Shown one piece after another: positions 9,391 to 18,943 of a DNA stretch of 64,000 bases. The notes beneath the pieces were generated by a model, which worked only from the letters and a program-made list of their open reading frames with translations, was not told where the DNA came from and did no database searches. Made by a program: the position numbers and the translations under genes. Position 1 is the stretch's first letter. Every line of letters starts with the position of its first letter. Origin of the DNA: Candidatus Collierbacteria bacterium RIFOXYD2_FULL_45_13 (GTDB lineage: Bacteria; Patescibacteriota; Microgenomatia; UBA1400; MFAQ01); contig MFAS01000001.1 of assembly GCA_001774685.1 (NCBI GenBank), forward strand, positions 1,025,252 to 1,089,251. The letters run 5' to 3'.

Positions 9391-9939
9391 TTGGAGGTTA
9401 TCTTGGAAAACACAGCTCAGCGCCGTTCCTGGCGGCCTAACTTCTCTGCCTTCGTCCCTTGGCTCGGTGCCCTACCCCAGTGGCAGATTCGCCTTCTGGT
9501 CGCCCTGGTCGGACTTCCCTTCTTGATTCCCGCTTTCCTACTGAACGGCGGAATCAACCTGATGCCCATGCTCGCCACTCTGGCGATCCTCATTTGGCGC
9601 GCCCCCTGGCTTCGCGAGAAGATTCAAACACTCCCCGGTATCCAGAGCCAGATGGTTATTTCCATGTTGGTCATGGGCCTCGGCTTCATCGCCTTCTCTG
9701 CTCCTTGGCTTTGGGGCACCCTGCCTCTAAACAAAGGCCTGATGTTTTTACTCTCAGGTCTGTCTACCGCTGCGCGGCCAAATCCGATGTTCGTCAAGAT
9801 GGCCAAGCAAATGGCAGCGGCCAAACCCAAACAGGTCAAGCCAAAGCCAGTGAAGGCCGCCAAAACCAAGCCGCCGACAAACACCCAGCGCAAACTCAAT
9901 GCCCGGATTGCGCGACAAGCCGCGAAGAAAAAGAAATAG
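9391..9939 (+). CDS. Membrane protein with Lys-rich C-terminal tail, hypothetical (TTG start in track)
   Basis: Four hydrophobic helices, then a KPKQVKPKPVKAAKTKPP...AAKKKK tail. GC-rich like 7328-8308. Terminator at 9948-9973. Confidence 0.55.
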   Translation: MEVILENTAQRRSWRPNFSAFVPWLGALPQWQIRLLVALVGLPFLIPAFLLNGGINLMPMLATLAILIWRAPWLREKIQTLPGIQSQMVISMLVMGLGFIAFSAPWLWGTLPLNKGLMFLLSGLSTAARPNPMFVKMAKQMAAAKPKQVKPKPVKAAKTKPPTNTQRKLNARIARQAAKKKK

Positions 9940-9947
9940 TTCTCAAG

Positions 9948-9973
9948 AAGACCCCGTCATGCGGGGTCTTTTT
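9948..9973. terminator. Bidirectional terminator between convergent genes
   Basis: AAGACCCCGTCATGCGGGGTCTTTTT (A-run on the other strand). Confidence 0.7.
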
Positions 9974-9978
9974 CCTAT

Positions 9979-10461
9979 CTACTTCAAGCTCAATTCAAAC
10001 TTACTCTTCTCTACTTTCCCTACCTTATCGTCTTCAATCCACTCCTTCTCAAATTCCACAAAACCCCTGTTAATCACAAACTTATACATTTCTGGGAACT
10101 TCTTCTCTATTGTATGTAGCGTCAGTTTCTTAACTCCTTCTTGTTTACACTTCACCGACAGCTCCTCAAACATATTCGAAAATATTCCTAGTTTTCTGTA
10201 TTCACTCAAGACCCCGGCGTTCCAGACATGCATTACCTCATCGGACGTTTTGTAGGCCACAATAAAACCGACAATTTTTCCATCCACTCTCCCGATCACC
10301 AGCAAACCATCCTCATTGATCTTCTTTTGCCAGTCTTCTTTGTTGTGATATTTCTCCTCTTCCGCAGGTGTCGGCTCAAATACTATTTTGGAGACGCGCA
10401 AGGCATCATCCAGATTTTCCACTCCCCCAATTTCTATCTCCACCCTTACTTTATTTTCCAT
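9979..10461 (-). CDS. GNAT-family N-acetyltransferase
   Basis: 160-aa ORF containing the acetyl-CoA binding motif region (...VAYKTSDEVMHVWNAGVLSEYRKLGIFSNMFEEL...) typical of GNAT. Confidence 0.7.
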   Translation of the reverse strand: MENKVRVEIEIGGVENLDDALRVSKIVFEPTPAEEEKYHNKEDWQKKINEDGLLVIGRVDGKIVGFIVAYKTSDEVMHVWNAGVLSEYRKLGIFSNMFEELSVKCKQEGVKKLTLHTIEKKFPEMYKFVINRGFVEFEKEWIEDDKVGKVEKSKFELSLK

Positions 10462-10498
10462 ACATCAAATATACACGATGCAAATGCTAAACTAATTT

Positions 10499-13400
10499 GT
10501 GGCTAAGAATATTACCAAAGCTAAACATCGTTTCCCCCTCCGGCAGATCCGACACCTGCCGCTCTTCTTCCGTCGCGTCTGGCCCATCCTCGCCCTTTTC
10601 CTTATCACTCTATCTCTTGCCTATCTCAACTTTGAGCCAGGTACCTACTTGATCGGCTGGGACAATCTCAACCCGGAGTTTGACACTCTCATGAATCTCA
10701 AGAGGGCCATCTACTCGGTCTGGCAAGAATATCGGGGTCTTGGTCTCCTCGGAGGGCAAGCTCACGCCGCCGACATTCCCCGTCTCTTACTCATCCTGTT
10801 ACTTCAGCTTGTTCAAACACCCAACTCTCTCATCAGGTATCTCACCACTTTTCTTCCCCTAATTGTCGGGCCTCTTGGTGTCTATTTTCTTTTCTATCAT
10901 CAGCTTTTTCGGGAAAAACTAGACGCCAAAACCACTCAGTTCGCGTCTTTCCTCGGCGCCTTATTTTATTTACTGAATCTAAACACTCTGCAAACATTTT
11001 TTGTTCCATTTGAAACCTTTACCTGGTTCTATGGATCATTTCCCTTCTTGCTCTATTTCACAATTTCCTACATTAGCAAACCCACCTCCAGGAAGTTATT
11101 CACATTGTTTGCTTTCTCCTTTATTGCCTCTCCCTCCTTTTATGTCGAGACCGTTTTTCTGGTTTTCTTTGTCACCATTATCCCTTTTATCATCGAATAT
11201 TTTTCCGAGAAAAGACGGTTTTTTGTTTCTCTAAGAACAGTTTCTTCCGGTACCCTCGGCCTAGTCATTCCCCAACTATACTGGTTACTCCCCATTGTGT
11301 TTTTTGTTTTCGTTGGCGGTGGACAAATTACCGAGACCGCCAAGATCAATCAGATTTCCTCTCCGGAAACCTACTACCGCAACCTCGAGTTCGCCAATCT
11401 TCAGGACATTGCCTTACTTAAAGGCTACCTCTTTAACTACCTAGATATGGGCCCAAACTTCAAGTACGACTACCTTTTATCCGTATGGCGGAGCCACCTT
11501 TCCACGCCACTCATTACCGTCATCGCTTATCTAATAGTCACCACCACTCTCATTGGCTTGTACTACTCCTTCAAGAAAAAATTTGCCTGGACTGCTTCCT
11601 TTATGTCTGTCCTCGGACTTAGTCTCTTCTTTCTTCTTGGAGGAGGATTGCTGATCAACCAAGCCATACCATTACTCGGCGAGCTTTTCCGTTCTCCCTT
11701 TACCAAGTTCTCTATCCCCCTATCTCTCTCGTTTGCTTTTTTCTTTGCTATCGGGAGCATGTTCATCTTGGATCTGTTCACCTTTCTCCATAGTCGCCTT
11801 ACCTTTCTCCTTACTCTTTTTTCTGTTGCCGTCGCTCTTATTCTTTTTATGTCCCCTGCTTTTTCCGGCAATCTGGTTGGAGGTAACGTCCGCCAAACAA
11901 TCCCTCAAGAATACTTCGACTTGTTTTCCTATCTAAAAACCCAAGATCCGGCCACTAGAATTGCTAATTTGCCTCAATATACTTTCTGGGGATGGAACTA
12001 CTACGACTTCGGCTATCGGGGTTCAGGCTTCTTATGGCACGGAATCCGCCAACCTCTCTTGGATCGGGCCTTCGACGTCTGGGACAAATCGTCAGAGAAA
12101 TATTATGAAGAAATATCCACCGCCATATTTTCCAACAATCTGGAAGAGTTTGAAAAAATTATCGATAAGTACTCGATCGGTTGGATTCTGATGGATAAAC
12201 ATGTCATTTCTCCTGATGGCAAATCCAATCTCGGGAACCAAACGCTCGAAAGATTTCTAATATCTACCAAATTCACCTTGAGCAAAAACTTCAATGATCA
12301 AATATTCTTATACGCTGTAACCTCCGACAAACCATCCAATAACTTCCTCACCACTGAAAATATACAATCTGAAATATACAATTTAAAACATCCTTTCGGC
12401 TCCCTCTCTCTCCGTCCCAACCAAGACTGGATCGAAAAAGCCGGTTTCCTCTCAATCACGCAACCAATAACTAATAATCAACAACCAGCAACTCTCTCCA
12501 TCCCCTCCTTCACCGACTCGGAAAAACTAATTCCCGTCAAGGTTGAGTACCAAAAGTTGGACAACCTTATTAACCTACGGCTTACCCCCGTTACCCCCAT
12601 CATCTTCACCGACAACAAACAATTGAACCTGGATGTCACTCCCCGAATTATTTCCTTACCCATTCCAGACGAGAGTAGCTTTATTTTGGAGCTGGACAAA
12701 CAATATTTCTCCCTCCAGCTTCCGGCAGAGCTACCCTACGTCACCGACTATTTCATGGTAGCCAACACCTACCTACCTACCCAAAGCCGCTTCCCCGTTT
12801 CGCTTTACAGTATCGGAACATCCAGCTCCCATTCCCTTACAAACGAACTTTCTTTAGCTACTCCGGTCCAGTGCTATACCCAAAAACCAAACCGCAAAAT
12901 CGAAAAAATTGTGTCTCCCGATGGCATCTCGCTACTGGGAACTGACGTTAATGGTTGTCTCTCCGCTAGCATTCCCGCCTCCTCCACCGATAGTTTAATT
13001 TCCTATTCTTTCCTCTACTCTTCTCCCAGTCTCATTACCGGCAACGTCAATATTTCTGATAAAGATTTTTCGTCTCCGGAAATACCGGGCACCTTAGAAC
13101 CCAGTCTCAATCCCAAAAAAGCGACCCTTTTTGCTCATGTGACGAATAATGATCAACAGTTGAACCTAGTTCTTGAAGCCGAAGATTCCAAGTCTGTTCA
13201 GGAAATCCGGTACCAAGATATTCAAGTCAGCATCCTTCCTCAGATTTACTCCGTCCTGGTATCCGTCCCCAATATTCCGGCACAAGAAGTTAGTCTGGAT
13301 TCAGATGTAAGCCGGATCCAAATTTCGTTACCCATCACGAACACACAGTACGACATTTCAGAAACTCCTCAGTCAAATTCTCTGTTGCCGGAAAGCCGAA

Positions 13401-14344
13401 ACTGCGATCAGTTCAACAAGGGTAAGACTGTTAAGCTTGTTTCCGAAGCGGGCTTCTTCTATCAAAGTCAAAATGCGATCCAGTGCGACTCCCTCAATCT
13501 TCGTCACTTCAGCCATTCACTTAACTATCTTTTTTCTTTCAATGCTAGATCAGAAAAAGGTCTGTCTCTGACCGCTTGTCTCGAAAACTACTCCACCAGA
13601 CGCTGTGATATCTATGAAAGACTTCCGGAAAGTAATCTGACTCAATCAATCATCCAGCCTATCGCCAACCCAGACGAAACCCCAGGGTACACTTTACATT
13701 TGTTCAACCAATCAATCGGGAACCGTATCTCCTCAAACTTGCTGCTGTCTCTTTCCATACACCCCATTCCCCTCAACTTCCTCAAAAACATTAGCCTTTC
13801 CAATTCAGCCGAACTGTCTCCTTCCAACAAATCTACAATCTCAAATGTAAAATATGAAATATCTTCCACCCACCCAGCGGAATTCCTCTACACTGCCACC
13901 ATTTCTCCATCGTCACCGCGAGAAGGTGGAGGCGACGCGACAATCAACAAGAATAATTCTCCATCCACCCTCAACCTCTATCAAACAAAATCCCCTTACT
14001 GGCAAGCCATAGTTGTCAGCCCAGACGACCTCAAAATACCTACTTGGCAACTGGTCACCAAAATCTTCTTCAATTATCCAAAGTTGACCAAGTTGGCTCA
14101 CGACGACTCCGGTCTCTGGCACAACTCCTGGACCCTCCCCGACTCGTCATTGCGAGGAGCGGATGCGACGTGGCCCGCTGGTACCCGAAGGGGTGAATCT
14201 CACTCCATCGCCCTCATCTACCTCCCCCAATATCTTGAATTTATTGGCTTCGCCATCATCCCAATCTCTCTCCTGGGCTTTTTCACTATCCATTTAATTT
14301 CTGGACGTAAACAAACCACAAAAAAGACCTCCAACCACAAATAG
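10499..14344 (+). CDS. Very large polytopic membrane protein (1281 aa), probable GT-C-type glycosyltransferase (YfhO/AftD-like) with a ~850-aa extracytoplasmic domain and a C-terminal TM
   Basis: The N-terminal ~450 aa hold >10 hydrophobic helices with a conserved-looking loop (IGWDNLNPEFD). A long Ser/Thr/Asn-rich soluble region follows, then a terminal TM (IGFAIIPISLLGFFTIHLI). Adjacent to GT2 and GNAT genes. Alternative start codon (GTG) per track. Confidence 0.6.
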   Translation: MAKNITKAKHRFPLRQIRHLPLFFRRVWPILALFLITLSLAYLNFEPGTYLIGWDNLNPEFDTLMNLKRAIYSVWQEYRGLGLLGGQAHAADIPRLLLILLLQLVQTPNSLIRYLTTFLPLIVGPLGVYFLFYHQLFREKLDAKTTQFASFLGALFYLLNLNTLQTFFVPFETFTWFYGSFPFLLYFTISYISKPTSRKLFTLFAFSFIASPSFYVETVFLVFFVTIIPFIIEYFSEKRRFFVSLRTVSSGTLGLVIPQLYWLLPIVFFVFVGGGQITETAKINQISSPETYYRNLEFANLQDIALLKGYLFNYLDMGPNFKYDYLLSVWRSHLSTPLITVIAYLIVTTTLIGLYYSFKKKFAWTASFMSVLGLSLFFLLGGGLLINQAIPLLGELFRSPFTKFSIPLSLSFAFFFAIGSMFILDLFTFLHSRLTFLLTLFSVAVALILFMSPAFSGNLVGGNVRQTIPQEYFDLFSYLKTQDPATRIANLPQYTFWGWNYYDFGYRGSGFLWHGIRQPLLDRAFDVWDKSSEKYYEEISTAIFSNNLEEFEKIIDKYSIGWILMDKHVISPDGKSNLGNQTLERFLISTKFTLSKNFNDQIFLYAVTSDKPSNNFLTTENIQSEIYNLKHPFGSLSLRPNQDWIEKAGFLSITQPITNNQQPATLSIPSFTDSEKLIPVKVEYQKLDNLINLRLTPVTPIIFTDNKQLNLDVTPRIISLPIPDESSFILELDKQYFSLQLPAELPYVTDYFMVANTYLPTQSRFPVSLYSIGTSSSHSLTNELSLATPVQCYTQKPNRKIEKIVSPDGISLLGTDVNGCLSASIPASSTDSLISYSFLYSSPSLITGNVNISDKDFSSPEIPGTLEPSLNPKKATLFAHVTNNDQQLNLVLEAEDSKSVQEIRYQDIQVSILPQIYSVLVSVPNIPAQEVSLDSDVSRIQISLPITNTQYDISETPQSNSLLPESRNCDQFNKGKTVKLVSEAGFFYQSQNAIQCDSLNLRHFSHSLNYLFSFNARSEKGLSLTACLENYSTRRCDIYERLPESNLTQSIIQPIANPDETPGYTLHLFNQSIGNRISSNLLLSLSIHPIPLNFLKNISLSNSAELSPSNKSTISNVKYEISSTHPAEFLYTATISPSSPREGGGDATINKNNSPSTLNLYQTKSPYWQAIVVSPDDLKIPTWQLVTKIFFNYPKLTKLAHDDSGLWHNSWTLPDSSLRGADATWPAGTRRGESHSIALIYLPQYLEFIGFAIIPISLLGFFTIHLISGRKQTTKKTSNHK
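14146..14205 (+). repeat. GTCATTGCGAG-family interspersed element, copy embedded in frame at the 3' end of the 1281-aa CDS (encodes SLRGADATWPAGTRRGESHS)
   Basis: Shares GTCATTGCGAG...CGTGGC.CGCTG.TACCCGAAGGGGT.AATCTCACTCCA with 17012-17075 (~40 of 43 nt) and its 5' part with 46772-46800. Confidence 0.7.
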
Positions 14345-14348
14345 TTAG

Positions 14349-16085
14349 CTACTCCAACTTTCCAAAAACTATCTCTCTAATCTTTCTCGAATAGGTATCT
14401 ACCACCTGCCTCATGTCATTCCTAAGATTCTCATTTTCCGCCACCTTTGCAGCCTTCTCTTTGGATTTATTGTATAGTGCCGCCGGAATATCATACTTAA
14501 GTCGCAAATCAACCACCTCTTTTTTAAACTCCTGCCAAAGGTCTGCCATTACTACCTCTTTTTCTGATAACTCAACCCCATTCGCTCGCTTCATATCAGC
14601 GAACATCGCACCAACTAGTTCTTGTGACTCTTGGTTCAACCTAAATGTCGGAAAATTCTTGAATTCAGTGATCTTTATCTCCAACCTTCTCCCCCCACTC
14701 TTCTCAGTTCTCGAGACATTAGTGGTCTTGATCGAATATGAAAAACCAGATGACTTACGGACCCTGAGTCTATGAGGAGATACAAAGGCATAGACCAACC
14801 CATCAACCAACACGTCTATATCAGTTCCTCCTGTCGACTCTATTACCGTTTCGATTTCTTGTGGAATACCAAAATTCAGATGCAACGACAATACATTCTC
14901 TGGACTAATGATCAAACTACCATTTTCATTTTCCTCCAGATCTATTGCTCCAAGCTTAGTCAATTCTTCCAACAATCGAGACTGAGTCGAGGGTGAATAT
15001 GAATATCCGTGATTGACTTCGAGCAAATCGTCTTGCTCATTCATTAGAGAAATACCCAAAGATTCCAGTATTTTTCTGTGTCTGGCCCGATCAAAAACCG
15101 GTTGCATCTCCAGCTCGTTACCAACCGTCGGCAAAAGTATAGCACCGTCACGATATCTCTTTTCTATAACGTTTATTCTATTCAACCTGTTGGCCAACCA
15201 CTCTCGATCCGCATCGGTGATGTTTTCATGCGTTGTCAGAAAATTATATGCATATAGTAGAAGCTCACCCTTTACAGTTTCCTCCACATTATCCATGCGA
15301 AACACTGCCATCTTGGCTTCAGCAGCAATCCTGTTTATTTCTTCAATGTCCAATGTCTCATCTGGGTCGAGATTGACACGTCCTCCCAAGTCCCAAACCT
15401 GGATTTGGCTTTCCAGTTCATCATCCAAAAAAGTGTGCTGTAGCGTAGTGTCTGGTTTTGGAATAGGTTCTCTGCCTATAAGATACAGTGGCACTCTCTT
15501 AGCATCAGCCAACATTTGTACATTGTCATACGTCATCATCTGTTTTTCTTCAATAAACCTGCGAGCTTCTTCGGTCCCGGTCAACGCTAGTACACTTATG
15601 GCTCTATACTTTTTGTACTCATTGCCGTGTAGGTCGTAAGTATCTATCATCAATTTAGCCGCCTGGTGAAGTCTAGGATCATCTGGATCTTTTTCCCTAA
15701 TTTCTTTAAGTATAGTCGCCAGTATTTTTTGTAGATTGGACACCGCACTACCGTCAGGGTTTGATAGCACATCCTTGTTTCTCAGTAATTTTTCTACCAA
15801 CCCCAAGTCATCCTCCTCCGCAAGAGCTTGAAACAAATATGACGCCTCAAAAGATGCATGCTCATTGAATCTGTCCTCGATTGCTTTTTCCAAGAAAGGT
15901 AACACCGGTCTACCCAATTTATATAGTTCGTATCTGGGAGTTATTGCGTCAATGTTCTGTTCCCATCGATAGTCCTCAAGCACCTTCCAATTACTCTCCA
16001 ATTTTTGTTTCTGTTCTTGGTCCAGGCCAATTTCAACGATCTCTGTTGGGTAATTCATATCTGAAATATATACTTGATAAACCAT
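14349..16085 (-). CDS. Hypothetical cytoplasmic protein (578 aa), no recognisable domain
   Basis: Long uninterrupted ORF, acidic, with no TM segments and no motifs I can assign. Confidence 0.65.
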   Translation of the reverse strand: MVYQVYISDMNYPTEIVEIGLDQEQKQKLESNWKVLEDYRWEQNIDAITPRYELYKLGRPVLPFLEKAIEDRFNEHASFEASYLFQALAEEDDLGLVEKLLRNKDVLSNPDGSAVSNLQKILATILKEIREKDPDDPRLHQAAKLMIDTYDLHGNEYKKYRAISVLALTGTEEARRFIEEKQMMTYDNVQMLADAKRVPLYLIGREPIPKPDTTLQHTFLDDELESQIQVWDLGGRVNLDPDETLDIEEINRIAAEAKMAVFRMDNVEETVKGELLLYAYNFLTTHENITDADREWLANRLNRINVIEKRYRDGAILLPTVGNELEMQPVFDRARHRKILESLGISLMNEQDDLLEVNHGYSYSPSTQSRLLEELTKLGAIDLEENENGSLIISPENVLSLHLNFGIPQEIETVIESTGGTDIDVLVDGLVYAFVSPHRLRVRKSSGFSYSIKTTNVSRTEKSGGRRLEIKITEFKNFPTFRLNQESQELVGAMFADMKRANGVELSEKEVVMADLWQEFKKEVVDLRLKYDIPAALYNKSKEKAAKVAENENLRNDMRQVVDTYSRKIREIVFGKLE

Positions 16086-16156
16086 AAATTACAAGTGCTT
16101 GCAGTATGTATGTATTCCAAAATAAAAAGACCTCCCATTAAGAGAGGTCAACCGAA

Positions 16157-16411
16157 CTACGAATGGACAGGAACCACTTTTCCCCGACTATTTCCAGTTT
16201 CCTTTCTGAATGTATACTGGATCGCCGGACAACCTTCAAATTCGGTGTTGTTAGTTCCAACCAGTTCCCATCCTTCTTTGCCCAAACGCTTCAATGTTGA
16301 ATCTACATGCTCCAAGTCGAAGAGGTCCATGTCGATGTCCACCCCATCAATTTGCACCACCTCATTGGTACTGCACATAGCCACAACTCGCTTATTTCTC
16401 CATTCAGCCAT
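16157..16411 (-). CDS. DUF4177-like small protein
   Basis: 84-aa ORF ending ...LKRLGKEGWELVGT, the DUF4177 signature (EGWELV). Confidence 0.5.
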   Translation of the reverse strand: MAEWRNKRVVAMCSTNEVVQIDGVDIDMDLFDLEHVDSTLKRLGKEGWELVGTNNTEFEGCPAIQYTFRKETGNSRGKVVPVHS

Positions 16412-16427
16412 TTTTTCTCCTCAAAGT

Positions 16428-16742
16428 CTAGCTGTTTTGCTTCGGCCGTTTGAAATACAATTTCACGAAAAGGGCACTATTACGCACCATGCTGACTACC
16501 GACACCAACTCCCAGGACTCTTCACCTAGCTCATTCAAGATAACGTCTTCCTGATCGGGCTTCACTACCAAAGTTTTGTATTCCCACCTATCTTCAGTTT
16601 TTCCAAAAATGTACTGCTGGGCAACTTTGGACTCTGCAACACAAATCAAACTCCACCCCAAAGATCCCATTAGATTTCGTTCATGTTGCGATAGAAATGA
16701 ATAACCCGTACTGGTCACAGTTCTAAAAAGATAACTTGACAT
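16428..16742 (-). CDS. DUF4177-like small protein (paralog of 16157..16411)
   Basis: Contains WEYKTLVV...ILNELGEESWELVSV, a good DUF4177 pattern. Tandem with the preceding ORF. Confidence 0.55.
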   Translation of the reverse strand: MSSYLFRTVTSTGYSFLSQHERNLMGSLGWSLICVAESKVAQQYIFGKTEDRWEYKTLVVKPDQEDVILNELGEESWELVSVVSMVRNSALFVKLYFKRPKQNS

Positions 16743-17011
16743 TGTCGCTCTCCTCTTCGGATCGTAGATTATTCAAAAAGCCCCAAAGTTGGGGTGACGA
16801 CCTGCCTGCCCGACTGGTCATCACTCCCATCTCTGAGGCCTTTTGTTATAGTTGACAGTTATTTTTTGCAGTGTTAATCTGTAAGTGGTTAAAGACTTCT
16901 GTCCAGTCAATAGCCGGAAAAAGAAAAGCAATGTCATTCGAGTTAGGCTACGGTGATATTGCTTTTTTTCTGCCTAAAAAATTTCTCATTTCAAAGACCT
17001 CTCCATTTTGT

Positions 17012-17075
17012 CATTGCGAGTTTCGTACTCGAACCGTGGCTCGCTGATACCCGAAGGGGTAAATCTCACTCCACG
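17012..17075 (+). repeat. GTCATTGCGAG-family interspersed element, intergenic copy
   Basis: See 14146-14205. Confidence 0.7.
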
Positions 17076-17449
17076 ATTGTTATCTGCTCATAATCACCAA
17101 GCTTTGACCGAGTCGGCCCATCTTGGAAATCTGAGTGGAGTTGATATTTCTGGAATTAATTCGCGTCAAGCGGACAGATTTTTTGCGTCTGTTCACCAGT
17201 CGACTGAGCAGATTTTTCATAAATTTTGAAGGAATTACCCTATCTATGGGAAAATATATCACATCTTGTCAAGTTTCTCAACCTATAAACAAAATCCCCA
17301 CCAGCCCATAAAATATCTAGCTTCATTTTTTCCCAAATATACCCCCCCTATGGTCACCAGCGTGTCGCGTCTCCCTGAAAAGCCAAGAAGTTTTTTTTCA
17401 ATAAAAAATGAGCCCGTGATTTCTCACGAGCTCAACGCAGACACAAGCA

Positions 17450-17770
17450 TCAAACTACGATAAACTGGCGGGTCGCAATACCGTGGTAACGATTGATGGC
17501 GTCCACCACGGGTTTCCAGTAGTAGAGAGTCATCTCGACCGCCGAGGCGATCATAATTACCCACATAATCTGGACGGCAGGGAGCGAAGCTCCCATCAAA
17601 ACGAAGAGGCCCACTGTCGAGATAAGGAGACTAAGGCCGTAGATCAGACCCATGGCCACAACCTCGAACAGGTTACGATATACCACTGACCCGGCGGGGC
17701 GTGGCTGGATCGCGATCTGGAAACCGATCTTGACGTAAATCAGTGCTAGCATGATCCCAAGGTAGGCCAT
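17450..17770 (-). CDS. Small membrane protein (3 TM), hypothetical
   Basis: 106-aa ORF made almost entirely of hydrophobic helices. Confidence 0.5.
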   Translation of the reverse strand: MAYLGIMLALIYVKIGFQIAIQPRPAGSVVYRNLFEVVAMGLIYGLSLLISTVGLFVLMGASLPAVQIMWVIMIASAVEMTLYYWKPVVDAINRYHGIATRQFIVV

Positions 17771-17899
17771 TTTTCTCCTCTTCTGTGAATGTTCCGACTC
17801 ATTCTAACAGTGGCTATTATACCACCATCAGCCTCAAAAGTCAAGTCTATGGGCTTAAGGTATAATATCAGCACTTAGGTCTTTAACAAAGGAGGTCAC

Positions 17900-18496
17900 A
17901 TGCCTGACCATTTGCGCTTGGTTTACCCGGGTTCACCACTCCTACCAGTTTTTGATCACAACGGACTTGTTAAAAGAGTCATACAGGATCTCATTGTTGG
18001 GCACCAACATGCCGCCGCCATCGCCATGGCCACTTCTCCACTGATGAGTATTCACGCCTCCTTACTTCGTCAAGAATCGTCCATCTTGACCACCCAGCAC
18101 ATCACCGAAGCCGATCTTCAAATGCTCGTCCTTGGCTACTTATATCCCCTTGGAACGATTCTTGCTTCGACCGTTTGCGCGCCCCTAAATCCCAAAGCAC
18201 GATCGACAACCTTCGAAGAACTTCTGGCCGCTACCCAGAGCTTCGATCTGCTTCGGCTTCAAGACCAAATGCTCCAAGATTTACGAGCGACGATTAACCT
18301 CCTCAAGATGGATCCTTCCGGCGCCATGATCTTTGATTTCCTCAAAAAGTACCCCTTCTCCAATGACGAGCACTTCCTAAATGGCATGGAAATCGCCGCC
18401 ATAATTTTCTTCGGCGTTTCTCTCGAAGTCGCCAAGAAAACTGGTGACGACTACTGGCTAAATGTTCCCATTTTCGATCCCAACAGACTAGACTAA
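17900..18496 (+). CDS. Hypothetical protein (198 aa)
   Basis: A GGAGG RBS precedes the ATG. No recognisable motif. Confidence 0.55.
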   Translation: MPDHLRLVYPGSPLLPVFDHNGLVKRVIQDLIVGHQHAAAIAMATSPLMSIHASLLRQESSILTTQHITEADLQMLVLGYLYPLGTILASTVCAPLNPKARSTTFEELLAATQSFDLLRLQDQMLQDLRATINLLKMDPSGAMIFDFLKKYPFSNDEHFLNGMEIAAIIFFGVSLEVAKKTGDDYWLNVPIFDPNRLD

Positions 18497-18508
18497 AAAG
18501 GAGAAATT

Positions 18509-18829
18509 ATGAACTGGCCAATCGTTTGGATTTTTAGCTGCGTCCTCGCTTGGGCCTTCACCGGCAGTGCCACCCAAATGGGAGACACGCTTCCTGGCTC
18601 CGGCTTCCGTAAAGGCGTCCGCATCTTCGCCTTGATTGTCTCCATCGTGGCACTCGCTACCACCCCAGCAGTCAGTTCTGCCTTCGTGATCGCCTTCCAC
18701 ACAGCCAGTCTCGACACTCTCACCGCCTCAATGACTTACACTTTCTTGCTTTGGGCCTTTATCCACCTCTCTGGTGCTCTTTATACGGTCATCGCCACCA
18801 GTCACCGGTTGGTAACGAACACTCTGTAA
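18509..18829 (+). CDS. Small membrane protein (3 TM), hypothetical
   Basis: An AAAGGAG RBS precedes the ATG. The protein is hydrophobic. A terminator hairpin follows immediately at 18836-18860. Confidence 0.6.
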   Translation: MNWPIVWIFSCVLAWAFTGSATQMGDTLPGSGFRKGVRIFALIVSIVALATTPAVSSAFVIAFHTASLDTLTASMTYTFLLWAFIHLSGALYTVIATSHRLVTNTL

Positions 18830-18835
18830 TTTTTT

Positions 18836-18860
18836 AGACCGCCTTCGGGCGGTCTTTTTA
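18836..18860 (+). terminator. Rho-independent terminator
   Basis: AGACCGCCTTCGGGCGGTCTTTTT. Confidence 0.75.
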
Positions 18861-18943
18861 CATTAAAATACCCGCCGAAGCGGCCTAGTACTCGGCAACC
18901 GCCTTACATCCCAATGCAAAATATAAAATGTACAATATAAAAT

